This document shows, one piece after another, positions 51,572-64,000 of a stretch of 64,000 nucleotides of DNA (position 1 is its first letter; every line of letters starts with the position of its first letter). The stretch lies in the NCBI GenBank assembly GCA_043228905.1, contig JBHGNT010000008.1, positions 20,646,001 through 20,710,000 on the forward strand, read 5' to 3'. Below the pieces are notes generated by a model. The model made no database searches. It saw only the letters and a program-made list of their open reading frames with translations, and was not told the DNA's origin. Origin of the DNA: Azolla caroliniana (taxonomy: Eukaryota; Plantae; Polypodiophyta). Both the position numbers and the translations under genes were made by a program.

Positions 51572-51724
51572 GTCGCGTACTTAAAATAGCATTATGTCCT
51601 GTGGTGGCGCTTTAAATGCCCACTACGTACCTTTTCGCTCCACGCTCTTTCCTCCATTCATTCCTCGCTTTTGCATGATTGTTTTTTTTTTTTTTTTTCA
51701 GTTATTATTATTATTAGTGTGACG

Positions 51725-54700
51725 TCACATGTCCGTTGGTCCTCCCGGACCCTTATCGGCCACATTCTCTCCGGTTACCGGCTTGCCGTCTCTGCCGTCT
51801 TCGTGGTTGCCGTCGGTCCTTTGCTCAAACGGGTTCTTAGGCATCGGTCCTCTATATGCCTTTAACCGGAATCCATTCACCCATTTGCCCAGCACTTCGC
51901 CGGCAAGTGTCCCCAACTGGTAGGACCCATTATACTCCCGTGTTAGCCAATATGGTCCGGTCCATCTAAACCTTAGTTTACCCGGCATCTTGCCCATCCG
52001 GGTTTGGAATACTAGCACTGGTTTGCCAATTGCGAACATTTTTTCGTTACCTTTCCTGTGCCGGTCGACGAATGCTTTCCGTCGTCGTTGCTCTAATTCT
52101 AAATGTAGGATGCTGGCCAACCATTGTTCCTCCAGCTCACACAGCGTTGTCAACCTTATTGTCTCCGACTCCTTCTCGTTCAGCCGTTCTCGTAGCTGGA
52201 TCCGTAAGCTAGGTACTTGAAATTCTACCGGCATGACCGCCTCGAGTCCGAATGCCAACCGGAACGGTGTTGTTCGGATGCTCGTTTTGTATGCCGTCCG
52301 ATATGCCCAAAGTGCGCTATGTAGCTTTGTGTCCCAATCCGTCTGGTTCTCGTTGACGATCTTCCGAAGGATGTTCTGGAGCGTCTTGTTTGTTGATTCC
52401 GCTAATCCGTTCGCCTGTGGATAGTAAGGTGTGCTTCGTTTGTAGACCACGGCATAGAAGGTCGTTAGGCTTTCCACTACTTGTCCGAGAAAGTGCCCCC
52501 CTTGGTCACTTATCAATTCAATGGGGCATCCGTAACGGCACCAGATGTACTCATATAGAAACTTTGTCGTTGACGCCGCGGTGTTATCCCGTAAAGCTTT
52601 GGCCTCCACCCATTTCGTGCAGTAATCCGTAGCAACGATAACGTACCGATTACCCATTCTCATTGCCGGTGGTTTGAACGGTCCTACAAAGTCCAGCCCC
52701 CACTTTTGGAATGGCTCGAGTGGTAGTACCGGCTGGTGTGGCATACGAGCCTGCTCCGTTGGCTGGCCCATTCTCTGGCATAGGTCACATTCTTTTGCGT
52801 ACCGTACCGCATCTCTTAATGTCGTTGGCCACCATAGGCCACTTTGCCATATTTTTCTGGCTGTCGCATCTCCGGCATAGTGACCTCCGGCAACTCCGCA
52901 GTGGGCTTCCCTCAGTATCAGTTCCTTTTCATCGCTGCGCACCGCCCGTCTCCATATGCCGTCAGCTCCCTTGTGATACAGTGTGTCTTGCAGCAAGCAG
53001 AAATGTCGGCTTTGTACTGCCAGGCGTTTCCGTTCATCCCGGTTCAGCTCTTCTGGAGGCAGTCCTATGCTCAGAAACTGGTGCATATTTGTGAGCCACT
53101 TGTCTTCCTGGGCCACTGTCTCATCTAATGCCGTCTCCGTAGTGACTCGAAACAGCTCCGCATCCGGTACTCTGTCACCCGTCTCTCCGGACTCCAATCG
53201 GCTTAAGTAATCTGCTACGGCATGCTGTATACCGGGTCGGTGGAATATTTCAAACTCGAACTCCTGTAACAGTAAGGTCCACCGGGCCAATTTGCCGGTG
53301 AGTGACGCCTTGGACACTAGGTAAAGGAGTGCTGAATGATCTACATGGAAGGAAAACTTCCTTCCAAATAAATAAATAGTGCCGAAACTTTGTCACACTG
53401 TAGATCATTCCTAGAGCTTCCCGTTCCGTAGTAGAGTAGTTCTGTTCTGCTTGGGATAGCTTCCGGCTGGCATAGTACATTGGCCGGTACCACTTTGGTT
53501 CCGTAAGCTGCATCAGTACGCTTCCGATTGCGATGTCAAAGGCGTCCACGAACACGTGAAATTCTTTACTCCAATCCGGAGGTTGTACTACCGGTGCCTG
53601 CGACAATAGTACCTTGAGGGCCTTATACACCCTATCCTCAGTATCGGTCCACTGGAATGGTGTCCGATGTACGGCGGCATGCAACGGTGTAGCCAGGTCG
53701 GCCAAGTATCGGAGCATCCGGCTGTGCCACCGGATTTGGCCTAAGAACCGGCTCAATGCCTTTGCCGTTGTCGGCGCCGGTGCTTCTAATATGGCTTTCA
53801 CTTTGTCCGGGTTGACTGCTACACCTTCCTGGCTTACGATATGTCCTAATAAAGTTCCACTGGACACGCCAAATACACACTTTGCCGGATTCAAGCTTAG
53901 CCGGTACGCTCTACACTTTTCTAGACAAAGACGGAGATGCTGAAAATGGTCCTCCTCCTGGCTATAGACGGCGAAATCGTCAAGGAAAACCTGCATAAAA
54001 GCCGGTATATATTCACCAAAGATTTCCATGATGATTCTTTGAAACACCCCCCATTCGGTGATGAATGCCGTTTTCTCTTGGTCGTCGGGGTGCATCCAGA
54101 TCTGATTATATCCGCTGAATCCGTCTAGGAAGCTATAGACCTCGTGGCCGGCGACGGCATCCAACACTCCATCTGTGAACGGAAGTGGAAACGCATCCGT
54201 TACCGTAGCCGCATTGAGTTTCCGGTAGTCCACGTAAACTCGAATTTTTCCGTTCTTCTTCGGTACAACTACGATTGGGCTCAGCCATGTCGCTTTCTTT
54301 ACCGGACAGATAAAGCCAACTCTTAGTAGTTTGTCGATTTCTTCCTTGACCTTGGCAGCATAATTGGGATTCATTCGGTACCGTCTTTGTGCCACTGGTT
54401 TTGCGTCTTTGCTCAAGTGCACTTGATGCTGGTATAACTGAGGGTCGAGTCCTCGCATGTCTTCGTATGACCAGGTGAATACGTCGCGAAATTCCGTGAG
54501 AAGTGTTATCATCGCCGTTTTGTCTCCGGACTTCATCTCCTTGGCGATGTGCACCGGTTTTGCTTCGTCCGTGGTGCCTAAATTCACCTCTTCCAATTGC
54601 GATGCTTTTACGCGCTGTGAAACGGCCATTTCCCGTTCCAACACTTCCTACGCTTGCTGTAACTCCCGGATTGCGTCTTTATCTGGTTCTGCTTCCGCCT

Positions 54701-57502
54701 CTTCCGGTTGCGGTAAGTACGGTGCTACGGCTTCGGCAATGTCAATTTCGAAGAGGGGTATGATCTTCGGGTTTTCCTGCAGGTATTGAGCTTCTTCTTC
54801 ATCCGCTAACCCTTCGAGCATGTTGACGCATTCCGCATACAACGGTGTACATTCCTTGCCAGTGCTCGTCCTTGGCTGTGCTGGTACCCGTACCTTGGCT
54901 TTTCCTCGCCGGAAGGTAATTATATTTTTTCGCCAATTCTGTTTGATATGTGCCGTTTTCAACCATGGCTGCCCCAGCAATAGTGGGTATGCGCCTTGTG
55001 CCTGTAATTGTAGCACTACGGCCGAGATGTGAAATGTATGCCCGCCGACGGTGACTTCTAATTTCCGTATTAATCCTGTCGGCCGCACTGAGCTTGTATC
55101 GGCCATCCGCAACCAGAACGGACACGGCTCCCACTCGTGGATTCCTAGGTCCTCACACGTTCGGAGGCTTATTACATTTACCCCAGAGCCTCCGTCTATA
55201 ACTGTGCCGGGGAGTTCTTTCCCTTTTACAATGGCAGTGATTACCGGACTGTTGGTGTCTACCACTGTTGGTCCCTCCTCCGGATTCAAGAAGAGTACCG
55301 GTGCCGGTAATGGTTCTCCTGCCGTCATGGCCGTCTTCAGTCCTTCCGTGAATCTTGGCACAAGTTGTAGGAGTCTTCCTAATGGCAACGTAATCTGGCA
55401 CTCTTGCAACGCCTGCCATGTCTCGTTCTCGGAGTGACTACTGCCGGCAAGCCCTGCGGTGTTCTCCTTTTGCTGCTCTAAGTCTGTGACATTCTACTCG
55501 TTTGCTTTCTTTACCCATTCCGTTGCTTGTTTGCGGATGGTCTCCTGTGTCTCCCATTCTTTGGCCATGCCCTTCGATCTTGTGGTCACCTGCTGCAGGT
55601 CTGCCACCTCAGGGACTACCATATTTACCGCCGGTCGTTTTTCATAGCTCTTCACCGGGCATTGGTTACTATAATGGCCTTCCTGTCTGCAGTAGTAGCA
55701 GTAGGCTTTCCGGGCATTGCTAGATTCGGCATTGTCTGTTGTACCCGGGGCCGGTCCTACGGTACGCTCGGGGTTTTGTACCGGTTGGCTACTTGGAGCG
55801 CCTTGTTCCAGGTCCCGGGGGTAGCCGCCTTTTTAAAATGCCGTTTTTTGTTAAAGCTCTTCTTATTACGGTACTCTTGGCGGGTTTGCCCGTTATATCG
55901 GCCGTATTCCTCCCGTTGCTGACGATACCCGGGGGAGCGCTCCCGGTCATACTGTTCGTATCGTCTATTGTAATCCTGGTGCCGATCATGCCGGTCATAG
56001 TTATCTCGCCGATCACCGTACCGGACATCATTTTCCCGTCGCTCGCCGTACCGGACATTATTTTCCCGTCGCTCGCCATACCGGACCTCATTTTCCCGTC
56101 GCTCGCCATACCGGACATCCTGTGCCGGTCGGTCACGGTCCATTCGCCGCCAGCGTTCGTCTTCTTCGTCCCGGCTGCTGCGTGGCTCAATTTGTCGGAC
56201 GGGCGGTGCTTGCCGAGTCAACAGATTATACTCACACCTATCCGTCGTATGGCTCTTGGATTGACAGATTACACATTGCGTCCTCATAGTGCATTCTAGA
56301 GCCGAGTGTCCGGAATTCAAGCAGGTTGTGCATTGTATTGCTTGCCGAAACCGGAGGTCTTCATCGGACGGTAACGCCCGTTGAAGTGCGCCCAGTCTGA
56401 GCCAGGAGCTTGTCTTTTCCATCTCTTTCACCCGGTCAATGACCTGGTCGATGGTACTTGTACGGAAATCGATTACTGTGCAAACCGTGCGTAGGGGTTC
56501 CCGGAGCGCGTTTAGGAATATCGTCCGTAATTCCTCCTCCGGGGGTGCACGGGTAAGCTGACTATGCATCCGTTGAAACCGGATGACAAATTGGGGAATG
56601 CTCTCCCCTGCCTCTTGCCGGATAGTATAAAATAAGCCTACCATTACGGTCTGGTCCACCTCCTTTTGAAAAAAATGCATGAATTTAGCTTTTAAATCTG
56701 CAAAGGTGTTGATGGTAGACGGGTCCTACGTCCGGCGCCATCTCGCTGCCGGTCCCTCCAATGTGACGCCAAACTCTGCTATCTTAGAGCGTTCTTCTTC
56801 CTCCGGTGTCAGTCGTTGGGACACATGGTTGGCTTCCCATGTCTGTTCAAATGCGTGCACATGAGCTTCCGCGTCCGGATCATCTCTATACTTGGAGTAC
56901 TGGAACGGCATGTCGTCGTCCAGTATCGGTGTGCGGGCTGGTAGTGTTGGTGCTCGTTCCGGAATTTTCTCCGGTGTCGGTGGTCTTTCCCGATTTGATT
57001 CCAGTGTCAGTTGTTTCTCTTCCGCTGGTGACGGAGGCCTCTCCTCCTCGACTTCCGGTGTCGGAGGTCGTTCTTCTTCTGCTGGTTCCGGGGGTTCCAA
57101 CGTTAGCACTTCCGGTTCCGGTTCCGGTGTCGGTAAGGTATCCGATCCTTCGTCTTCCGGTCCGCCCGGGGTTTCGTTGCTGCTATGGTAGTTCGTGTGC
57201 ACGCTGTATTCCCCTTCGGAGTCTGATTCATATGCTGAAAAGGCCTCTGCTTCGCCTTCTCCGTTTGCCAACGCATGGAGAAGGGATTCGGTTTCCCGGA
57301 GGCTGCTTAGGCTGCTTCCGTCGTCCGGGTGCGATGTTTGTTGTAACCAGTGGGAGTCCTCCGCTACTCTCCGGATTACGTTGGAAAACGAGCGATCCGC
57401 TCTAATTTCCTGCGCCGCTTGCTGGAAGGCCTCACGTCTCCTTTGCCTTTCGGCAAGGCGTCGAGTTCGATCTGTAACCAGGTCGTGCGTTGATCTAGAC
57501 AT
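51725..57502 (-). pseudogene. G4 gag-pol, several stops and frameshifts
   Basis: Fragments colinear with G3 gag-pol; protease IDGGS. Confidence 0.92.
56010..56125. repeat. 30-bp in-frame tandem repeat (VRYGERREN) in G4 gag
   Basis: About four copies of CCGTACCGGACATCATTTTCCCGTCGCTCG-like unit. Confidence 0.85.
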
Positions 57503-58529
57503 CCATCCGTGTCGTCGTTCGCTGCAAAAACAGGAATCGTGGTCGCCAAAAACTGTGTTAACTCTTCGGGCCGGACAATGGCCTAACACAGGGTGTCTAC
57601 GTGAGACACTTCACCAAAGGGTGTTACGGCAACCGGATTAGACTTCAACGCTTAATCCGACTTAGTTAAGTTACTTATTAGGATCGTCTTCATAACACGC
57701 GTAAGATATAACAATTAAGACAGAACGGCAATTGACACAGAGATATAACAACGCTTAAGCTTTCATTAATTAACCGCTAACTATTACATTGTATCCGGCC
57801 TTTTAATAGGTTTCCGGTCTGTATTACAAAACGGTGCCATCCGCACCTGTTCGGGATCGGTCCGGATCCGGAACGGCATACCGATTCCGGTCCGTCCGTC
57901 CACACTCATAGCTTAATTACAACCACATTCCTACTACTTAATTAGCTCTCCATTTCCCACTCTGGACTCCTTTGCCAGCCGGTAACAGCATCCACATGAG
58001 TCGCATCGGCATCCTCCATCGCTTTCTTCATTCCTCCTCTTCCGAAATTCACCCGTAGGGGTCTTCTAGTCTCACTCGAGCAGATCATGTTGTCATCTAT
58101 GTACACGATATTTTGTCGGATCGCCTCTCGAAATCTCGCGCAATCCCTTCTCATGTGGTCCATGCTATCGCACCACACGCATCTAAAGGGTTCTTTTCCT
58201 TTGGGCCCCCGACGATTCATGTTGGCTAGCGTGACCTTCTCTAACTTCTTCGCTAGCTCTTCAATGATGTCATCATCAATCTTCTTTTCTTCTGGACTAC
58301 TTTGTTTGGGCGGCTCAGCTACTTTCGATTGTCTTGTTTTCTCCGCAACAGTCGATCCCGCCAAGTCGGTGTCATCAACCCACTAACAACGCTTGTCGAG
58401 CCTATTGCATGCTCGCTTTACCGCAACCCAATCCGCCACAAGCCCGTTCACTTGGGTATCATCTTCGAGAAGAGTTCCCAACTCCCATCTATCCTTCATG
58501 TTCACGGCCTTCAAGAAGTACAAAGTCTC

Positions 58530-59911
58530 TGTAGAAAGTAACGTGCGGAAGCAAGTATGAAGACCGAACAGAAGGAAGGAAACTCAGGTTCAATGGAGAG
58601 CTTGAGCTTACACGGTATACGCGGGAGAGACAGAGAGAGTGAGAGAGAAGACACAAAAACTATATTCAACAATAATACTCAGTCTGTACATAAGACGTGC
58701 TCAGTGAACACTTTTATACAAGTCCTAGAAGGACTGACCGAAGTACTGACAGTACTTCAATGCTCATCAAGAGCTCCTACGCTAACTCCCAAATATATTC
58801 CTCAAGGAATATCTTTCCTAACGACCTCCCGGTTTACGCACTCGGCCTAACCGATCGGTCCCAACTGATCCGGTCCTCGGCTTCTTCAGCCGATCCGTCC
58901 GATGTTGAGCTTGTCTCTCAACACTCCCCTTCAAGCTCAACTCGAGGCTCTTCGGGATCCTCGGGCTCACAGCTCTGGTTCCTCCTGGCTTCACGCCTCG
59001 CTCGCGTTCCTCGACCTGTTCGACTCCGCGCGCTTCGACCCTTCCGGTCGGCTTGTCTGCTCATGCGGCCCTTATCAGCTCTTCTGATGTTGCGGTGTTG
59101 ACGCTTCTCCTGCTACCTTTTCTTCCGCTTGGGCCTCGGTTGATTCAGCGTATCTGAATCAAACATCCGAACCGACTTGGTTACCTGCGATCGGTTTTCA
59201 CTCTCGTCCGAGTTGGCTGTCTCCAACTCGTATTTGGTCTTCTCGCCCTCGATGGCGTCATCTCCCCCATGCGTGGTTGGCTTCGGCTGCTCCCCTTCTG
59301 TCCGCTTCCAAACTTTTCCGCGGGTCCGCCCTCGGCTTCTTCAGCCGATCCGAAGTCGAACTCGACAACCGACTCGGTGTCGCGGTCTCCGCTCCTTTCC
59401 TACTGCCTTGCTTGGTTGTTCGGGACTGTTCTCCCCCTCAAGTTTGGCACGTCGAGGTGACGCAATCCGAGCGCACCTGAGAATTGCCGCAACTTGTCCA
59501 GACCAAGAGGCTTGGTGAAGATGTCGGCAATCTGCCGATCCGTCGGCACGTACTGAAGTTCGACTTCACCGGAACACCCTCAAGTGTCGCAAGTTCGGCT
59601 TCGTTCCGAAATATAGCTGGTGCGCCGACACTTTGTCTCCGATCCGGTTCTGGATGTATACCGCGGTCCTTACCGCCTCAGCCCAGTAGAACTTGGGCAA
59701 ACTCTTCTCCTCCAGCATTGCCCGTGCCGCTTCTACAATCGATCGATTCTTCCTCTCGGCCAAGCCGTTCTGCTCCGGCGTGTATCTACAACTGAATTCG
59801 CGTTGAATTCCCATTTGTTGTAGATAACCGTTGAATTGACCAGAAAAGTACTCTTTCCCGCCATCCAACCGTAGGCACTGGATCTTACGTCCCGTTTCCA
59901 TTTCCACGACA
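58530..59911 (-). mobile_element. Copia C remnant: 3' LTR 58530-58923, PPT, RNase H tail fused to integrase core
   Basis: TG..CA LTR, TTGAAGGGGAG PPT, QIADIFTK tail joined directly to LRHLRVF integrase end (RT deleted). Confidence 0.85.
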
Positions 59912-61500
59912 ACGTTAATCATTATAGGCAACCATGGGATTTAGTTCATGTTTTATTATCATAAGCACTCCAAATGTTGTACCTTGTCCTGCATAGAATA
60001 TGTCCAAACCTCGAAATGTACCAACTTGACCACTAAATTCAACTTTTTTATGTTCTTGAACACAAATTACATTTGCTTGAGAAGAGGTAATATAGCTCCA
60101 AAATAATTTCCATTTACTAGGGTTACAAAGACCCTGTATATTGAAGGAGACACATTTGACTTGTTTATGCATGATTAATATGGTTGAAGATATAAAACAA
60201 AGCAAAATACTAATCTGATTGCATATTAGTATCCCCGCCATGCTTATTTGCATGAAGCCTAATATCTGCATTTGACTCATCTTTGTAAATGTCCACATAT
60301 GAGCCTCTACTCACCCTTTTCCAAGCTTCTGAGACTAAAGAGAGCATTGAAGCATTAATCTGTAAAGATGAACCTTGATTCTCAAGTGCATGAGTGTAGT
60401 TTCTCACCACCACAAGCATCTTACTTCTAAAATTTGCCAACCTTCATTGTTCTCTTTGTCCACATCAAAGGCTTTTTTCAAATCGTGCAGGTTTGATTGC
60501 ACATTACCAATTGTCTGCGGGACTTTACTTTTCCCTTTGTCTTGTACTCTCGGTTTCTGAATGGGTTGCATCATAGATTGGTTTGTTGCCTTTGAAGAAG
60601 AAACCTGACTATTTTCTTTCAATGATGCAAGTTTCAACATTGCAGTTTCAGGTGGCTGAATGGTCAATGTTGGGCATTCTGATTGCATATGACCAAACTT
60701 GTTACATGTGTAACATGCACCTGCAAATTTGCCCCATTTCAACTTGAAAGGTCTTGCACCAATAATTGGATCATCCGAGTTGAGGGTGATACCTTCCAAG
60801 ATCGGAACATCTATGTCCCAAAGAATGCAAAATCTATTAGAAGTACTTGTCGTTTTTGGGGGGCATACTACTCTCCCCATTCCTGCTACAATTGTAGTTA
60901 ACAAGTGATTCCAATTTCGTGGAAAATCAAGCGCTTCCACCCAGACAGAACATTTGTGACGAATTAGCCCTTGATAGTCTTTTTTCAAAGACCACGGCAA
61001 TGCATGAACCATTTTATCTCTATATGTTAAAGGAGATTCCTCAAGTAATTGAGTTTTGTACTTTGGTTCTGATAGCAATACTTCGTAAAACCCTCTAGCA
61101 GCGAAATAAACTCCACTAACTGCATAGACTTTAAACATTGCATTTATCCATTGAGCCACGTCATTTGTAGAAGGCATCTTCCCAGGAAAGAAAAGAATAA
61201 TAGCATTTGACATGTACACTTTTAAAGGATTCAACAAGTCTTGTGATGGGATAATAAATGTCTTGCTTGGCAAAGGCCCATCCCATGTCTTCCTAGCCTC
61301 TGCAAAGTCCTCTACTAAACTATCCTGAAGCCATTTTGTATCTACGGGATCTTCTATCATTTCTTTCCTCTTCTTATTCCATACAGAAGATGATTTAGCC
61401 ATCCTTGACAACAATAATGTGGTAGACCTACTGCTTTGTATGTTGAAATGTAGAGAGGTCTAACAAAGGTAATTAGAGGAGCAAACCTGGTGTCTCACAG
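59912..61500 (-). mobile_element. LINE 5' part: ORF1 (61414-60210, one frameshift) and ORF2 start (ATG 60172)
   Basis: ORF1 with plant L1-type domain and CYTCNKFGHMQSEC knuckle; ORF2 begins SFNIQGL..CVQEHK endonuclease motifs; 5' limit approximate. Confidence 0.88.
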
Positions 61501-61959
61501 CTTAGGTCGAAATAGGCAGGTCTTGAAGTCTGCACTCGGCTAAGATTTGAGTGAATTTGACATGTTCAATCCATCCGGAAGGCTCCAAAACCCCCAAAAT
61601 GACTCAAACCTTGTCCGATTCCAACTCCAGATGAAGGAGATATGAGACTTGAAAGGTGAATTTTGTCTCTCTAGGACTACTTTTGACTCTGGCCTACCTT
61701 TGACTCTAACTCGCCTACTTACCTTTGACTTTGGCCCACCCTCGATTATGTAGAGCCTTCAACTCTTACGAACTTTCGAGTTTAGAAATCATTTGACTCT
61801 AACAATCATTCAACATTGATGAGCCTTTGAGTCATCCATCCTCTCTACTTTAAGTCCTCGGTGGTTTTGCTCAAGGAGCACACGTATGTGCGTAACTTCA
61901 CAACAATATACTCATGTAGTGGCTTCTATCTTACTCGTGACTACACCATAAGTTGGCAA

Positions 61960-62490
61960 TCTGTACTCTGATTGACATTATAGTCTTAGTATCCTCATCT
62001 TCCTCTTATATTGTGATGATATTTACAATACCTATTTCTTCAATCACCTCTCTCTTTCTCCAAACCACATTGATGATCACTTCAGGGAAGTCCATCCTAA
62101 TTCCCAAGACTTGTTGAAGTGTCAACTCGATTTTGTTGTTGAAAATCCTAGACTCAAGCACCTTCTTTAGGTCAGTGCATGTTTCGATGTTAGAGGCAAG
62201 TTTGAATATCATAGCAACCTTTTGCTTCCCTTTGTCTTCTCTCATCACCCCCACAACAACTCGTTCTGTTTCTCGTTATTTTTGTTCTCAAGACTTGGGT
62301 CTTCTTGACGAACCCACTTCTTCAACTCTTCTTTGAACAATATAACAATTGACCAGATGCGCGATTCTGAAACCCAATATAACAATGTTTTTGAACACTT
62401 GATACAACAATTCTTTGAGTCATCAAAGCTCATGGAAACCCCACTTGCGATGAAAATTGATCCTCTAGAACAACATCTTTGTCCACTCAA
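61960..62490 (-). pseudogene. Gypsy gag/pre-protease remnant, possibly the 5' part of G1
   Basis: FKLASNIE..TDLKKVLESRI motif shared with G2. Confidence 0.65.
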
Positions 62491-64000
62491 TTAGTTGGTG
62501 AAGGAAGCTACTAGTGACCTTTTGGTGGAGGAGATAATGAATACGTTGTCAAAGGAATCGACCCTTGCTAGTGGGTTAAAGAGGTTAGGGAAAATGGGCA
62601 ATCATCAAGAAAAAGACGAAAGAAATGGCAAACACATCGCGCAAAAGACCAATTACTCAATCAAGAACCTATAATTGAACTCATTTAGTGGAAAACCCTT
62701 TTTAAGGTTTACATCATGTTTACTATGTTTGTTATTGAAACCCTGTGGTTTATACTTTATTTGAACATTTGTATGACTTATGTGGAGGATAATTCAAAAA
62801 TGACTAAGCATTGAAAGACTTTTGTTGTTTTGAAAATTATTGTTGTCTTGAAATAGTTTTGTTGCTTTGTGAGTGTGATTATGCTCCTTTTTTCTTTGTG
62901 GACATAAATCAATTGCAACAAAGGTTGACGGTTCCACTCCAACTTTTGATGTTTTGTAGAATGAGATACTTCATATGTTTTCTTCCTTGATTACATAATA
63001 ATAAATAGTTTCTCTCAAGAGAGACGAAAAATATCATTTACCTTATTTCTTCCTAATTTTCAATAGTTTTTATTGGGAAAGTGTGTCTAGATTAGACGAC
63101 CACTATTAAAATTGTAATATTGCAATGCATACCCTAATCTCACAATTATGTTAATTTTTGTCTTAATGATTTCTTAAAGTCAAATATTAGGTGCATGATA
63201 ACTAACTTGAAAATGATCAAGTATGTAGAGTTAATGTGTCATGATAAAGTACGCAAAGTTGAAAACAAATTTACTAACCTTTTAGCAAGATTGAGGCGAA
63301 CATACATACATAAATGTATGTATGTATGTATATATATATATATATTGTGATTTGTGATTGAAGCTAACAAATTGAGATTCTAACAAGGATGGACATGTCT
63401 AGGATGATAAACAAGGCATTTTAAGTCTTCAAAAGTTAGGTGACAGAATGGCCACAACATATGTTGAATGTAAGACCATTGTTGAAGTGGTCAAATGTGA
63501 ACATCATATGAATGAACAATGAAAATGTACCCATAGGATTTTGTGTGATTTACTTTATGATTCACAAGTTGTCGTGCACTCTATGAAACTTATCACATAT
63601 ATGAGCCTTCCAAGGATGCATTACTTATATGAGTTGTTCAGAGCACTAGTATCATGGTTCATGGTTTCAACAAGATTCTGATAATGTTGCATAATGGGCT
63701 CTTCGTCAGACTTGAAACCCAAATGTGGTGTCACATCCTAGTATAGGTGTGCATCCTTTCCACCTTGATAATGTAGATGTTGTAGCATGCTATTCATTTA
63801 TAACAACGACAAAATGGTGGCCATATTAAAAAAGGGGCATTGGGATTAAGAAAGGGCAATATGTGGAAGAAATACAAAAAGTTAAGGTCAGCTTCATGAA
63901 AATATGTGAAGCAAAAATGAAACCCACATATTCTACACATAAGTAACAGTATTTTTTGTGAAGGTGAAATTAGAGAGGACAAAAAACAAGCATTTCCTCT

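Larger units (their letters stand above)
48089..57987 (-). mobile_element. Full-length gypsy G4, sister subfamily of G3
   Basis: 432-bp LTRs 48089-48520 and 57556-57987 (about 7 visible mismatches); TSD GCATC; PBS TGGCGACCAC. Confidence 0.97.
21346..58529 (-). mobile_element. Gypsy G2, host element, in pieces 21346-24264, 34219-34866, 45821-48088, 57993-58529
   Basis: 3' LTR 21346-22440 (TGTCG..CGACA) with PPT GATGGGGGTGGA; integrase 22513-23694, RNase H, RT, protease (LIDHGSEIN) and gag (CVWCDSMDH) colinear once inserts are removed. Confidence 0.9.

Noticed and set aside
62500-64000. Possible decayed DNA-transposon or gene remnant in the AT-rich right end
   Set aside because: No recognisable motif, terminal repeat or open frame

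Overview
Eukaryotic (land-plant, most likely moss/bryophyte-like) heterochromatic window that is mostly retrotransposon sequence. It contains one clear host gene, an intron-containing secreted GH19 chitinase with three tandem hevein (CBM18) domains (13439-14674, +). The right three-quarters is a deep nest: a LINE split by a 38.6-kb insertion block, a host gypsy element (G2) carrying two related young gypsy elements with a large third ORF (G3, G4), a Tcn1/Tf1-sushi-type chromovirus (G5) whose 5' LTR carries a young copia (B), and a deleted copia (C). LTR ends and target-site duplications were read by eye. Most notable observations: (1) three different gypsy LTR families each carry an antisense tRNA-derived Pol III A/B-box module just upstream of the LTR TATA box; (2) the chromovirus has a self-priming (tRNA-independent) PBS and a -1 frameshift slippery site plus pseudoknot; (3) G3/G4 encode a conserved ~900-aa non-env third ORF with a possible promoter of its own, and have a conserved 37-bp non-purine block where the PPT should be. 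Element names (A, A2, B, C, D, G1-G5) are my own labels; lineage names are from motif recognition, not database searches.
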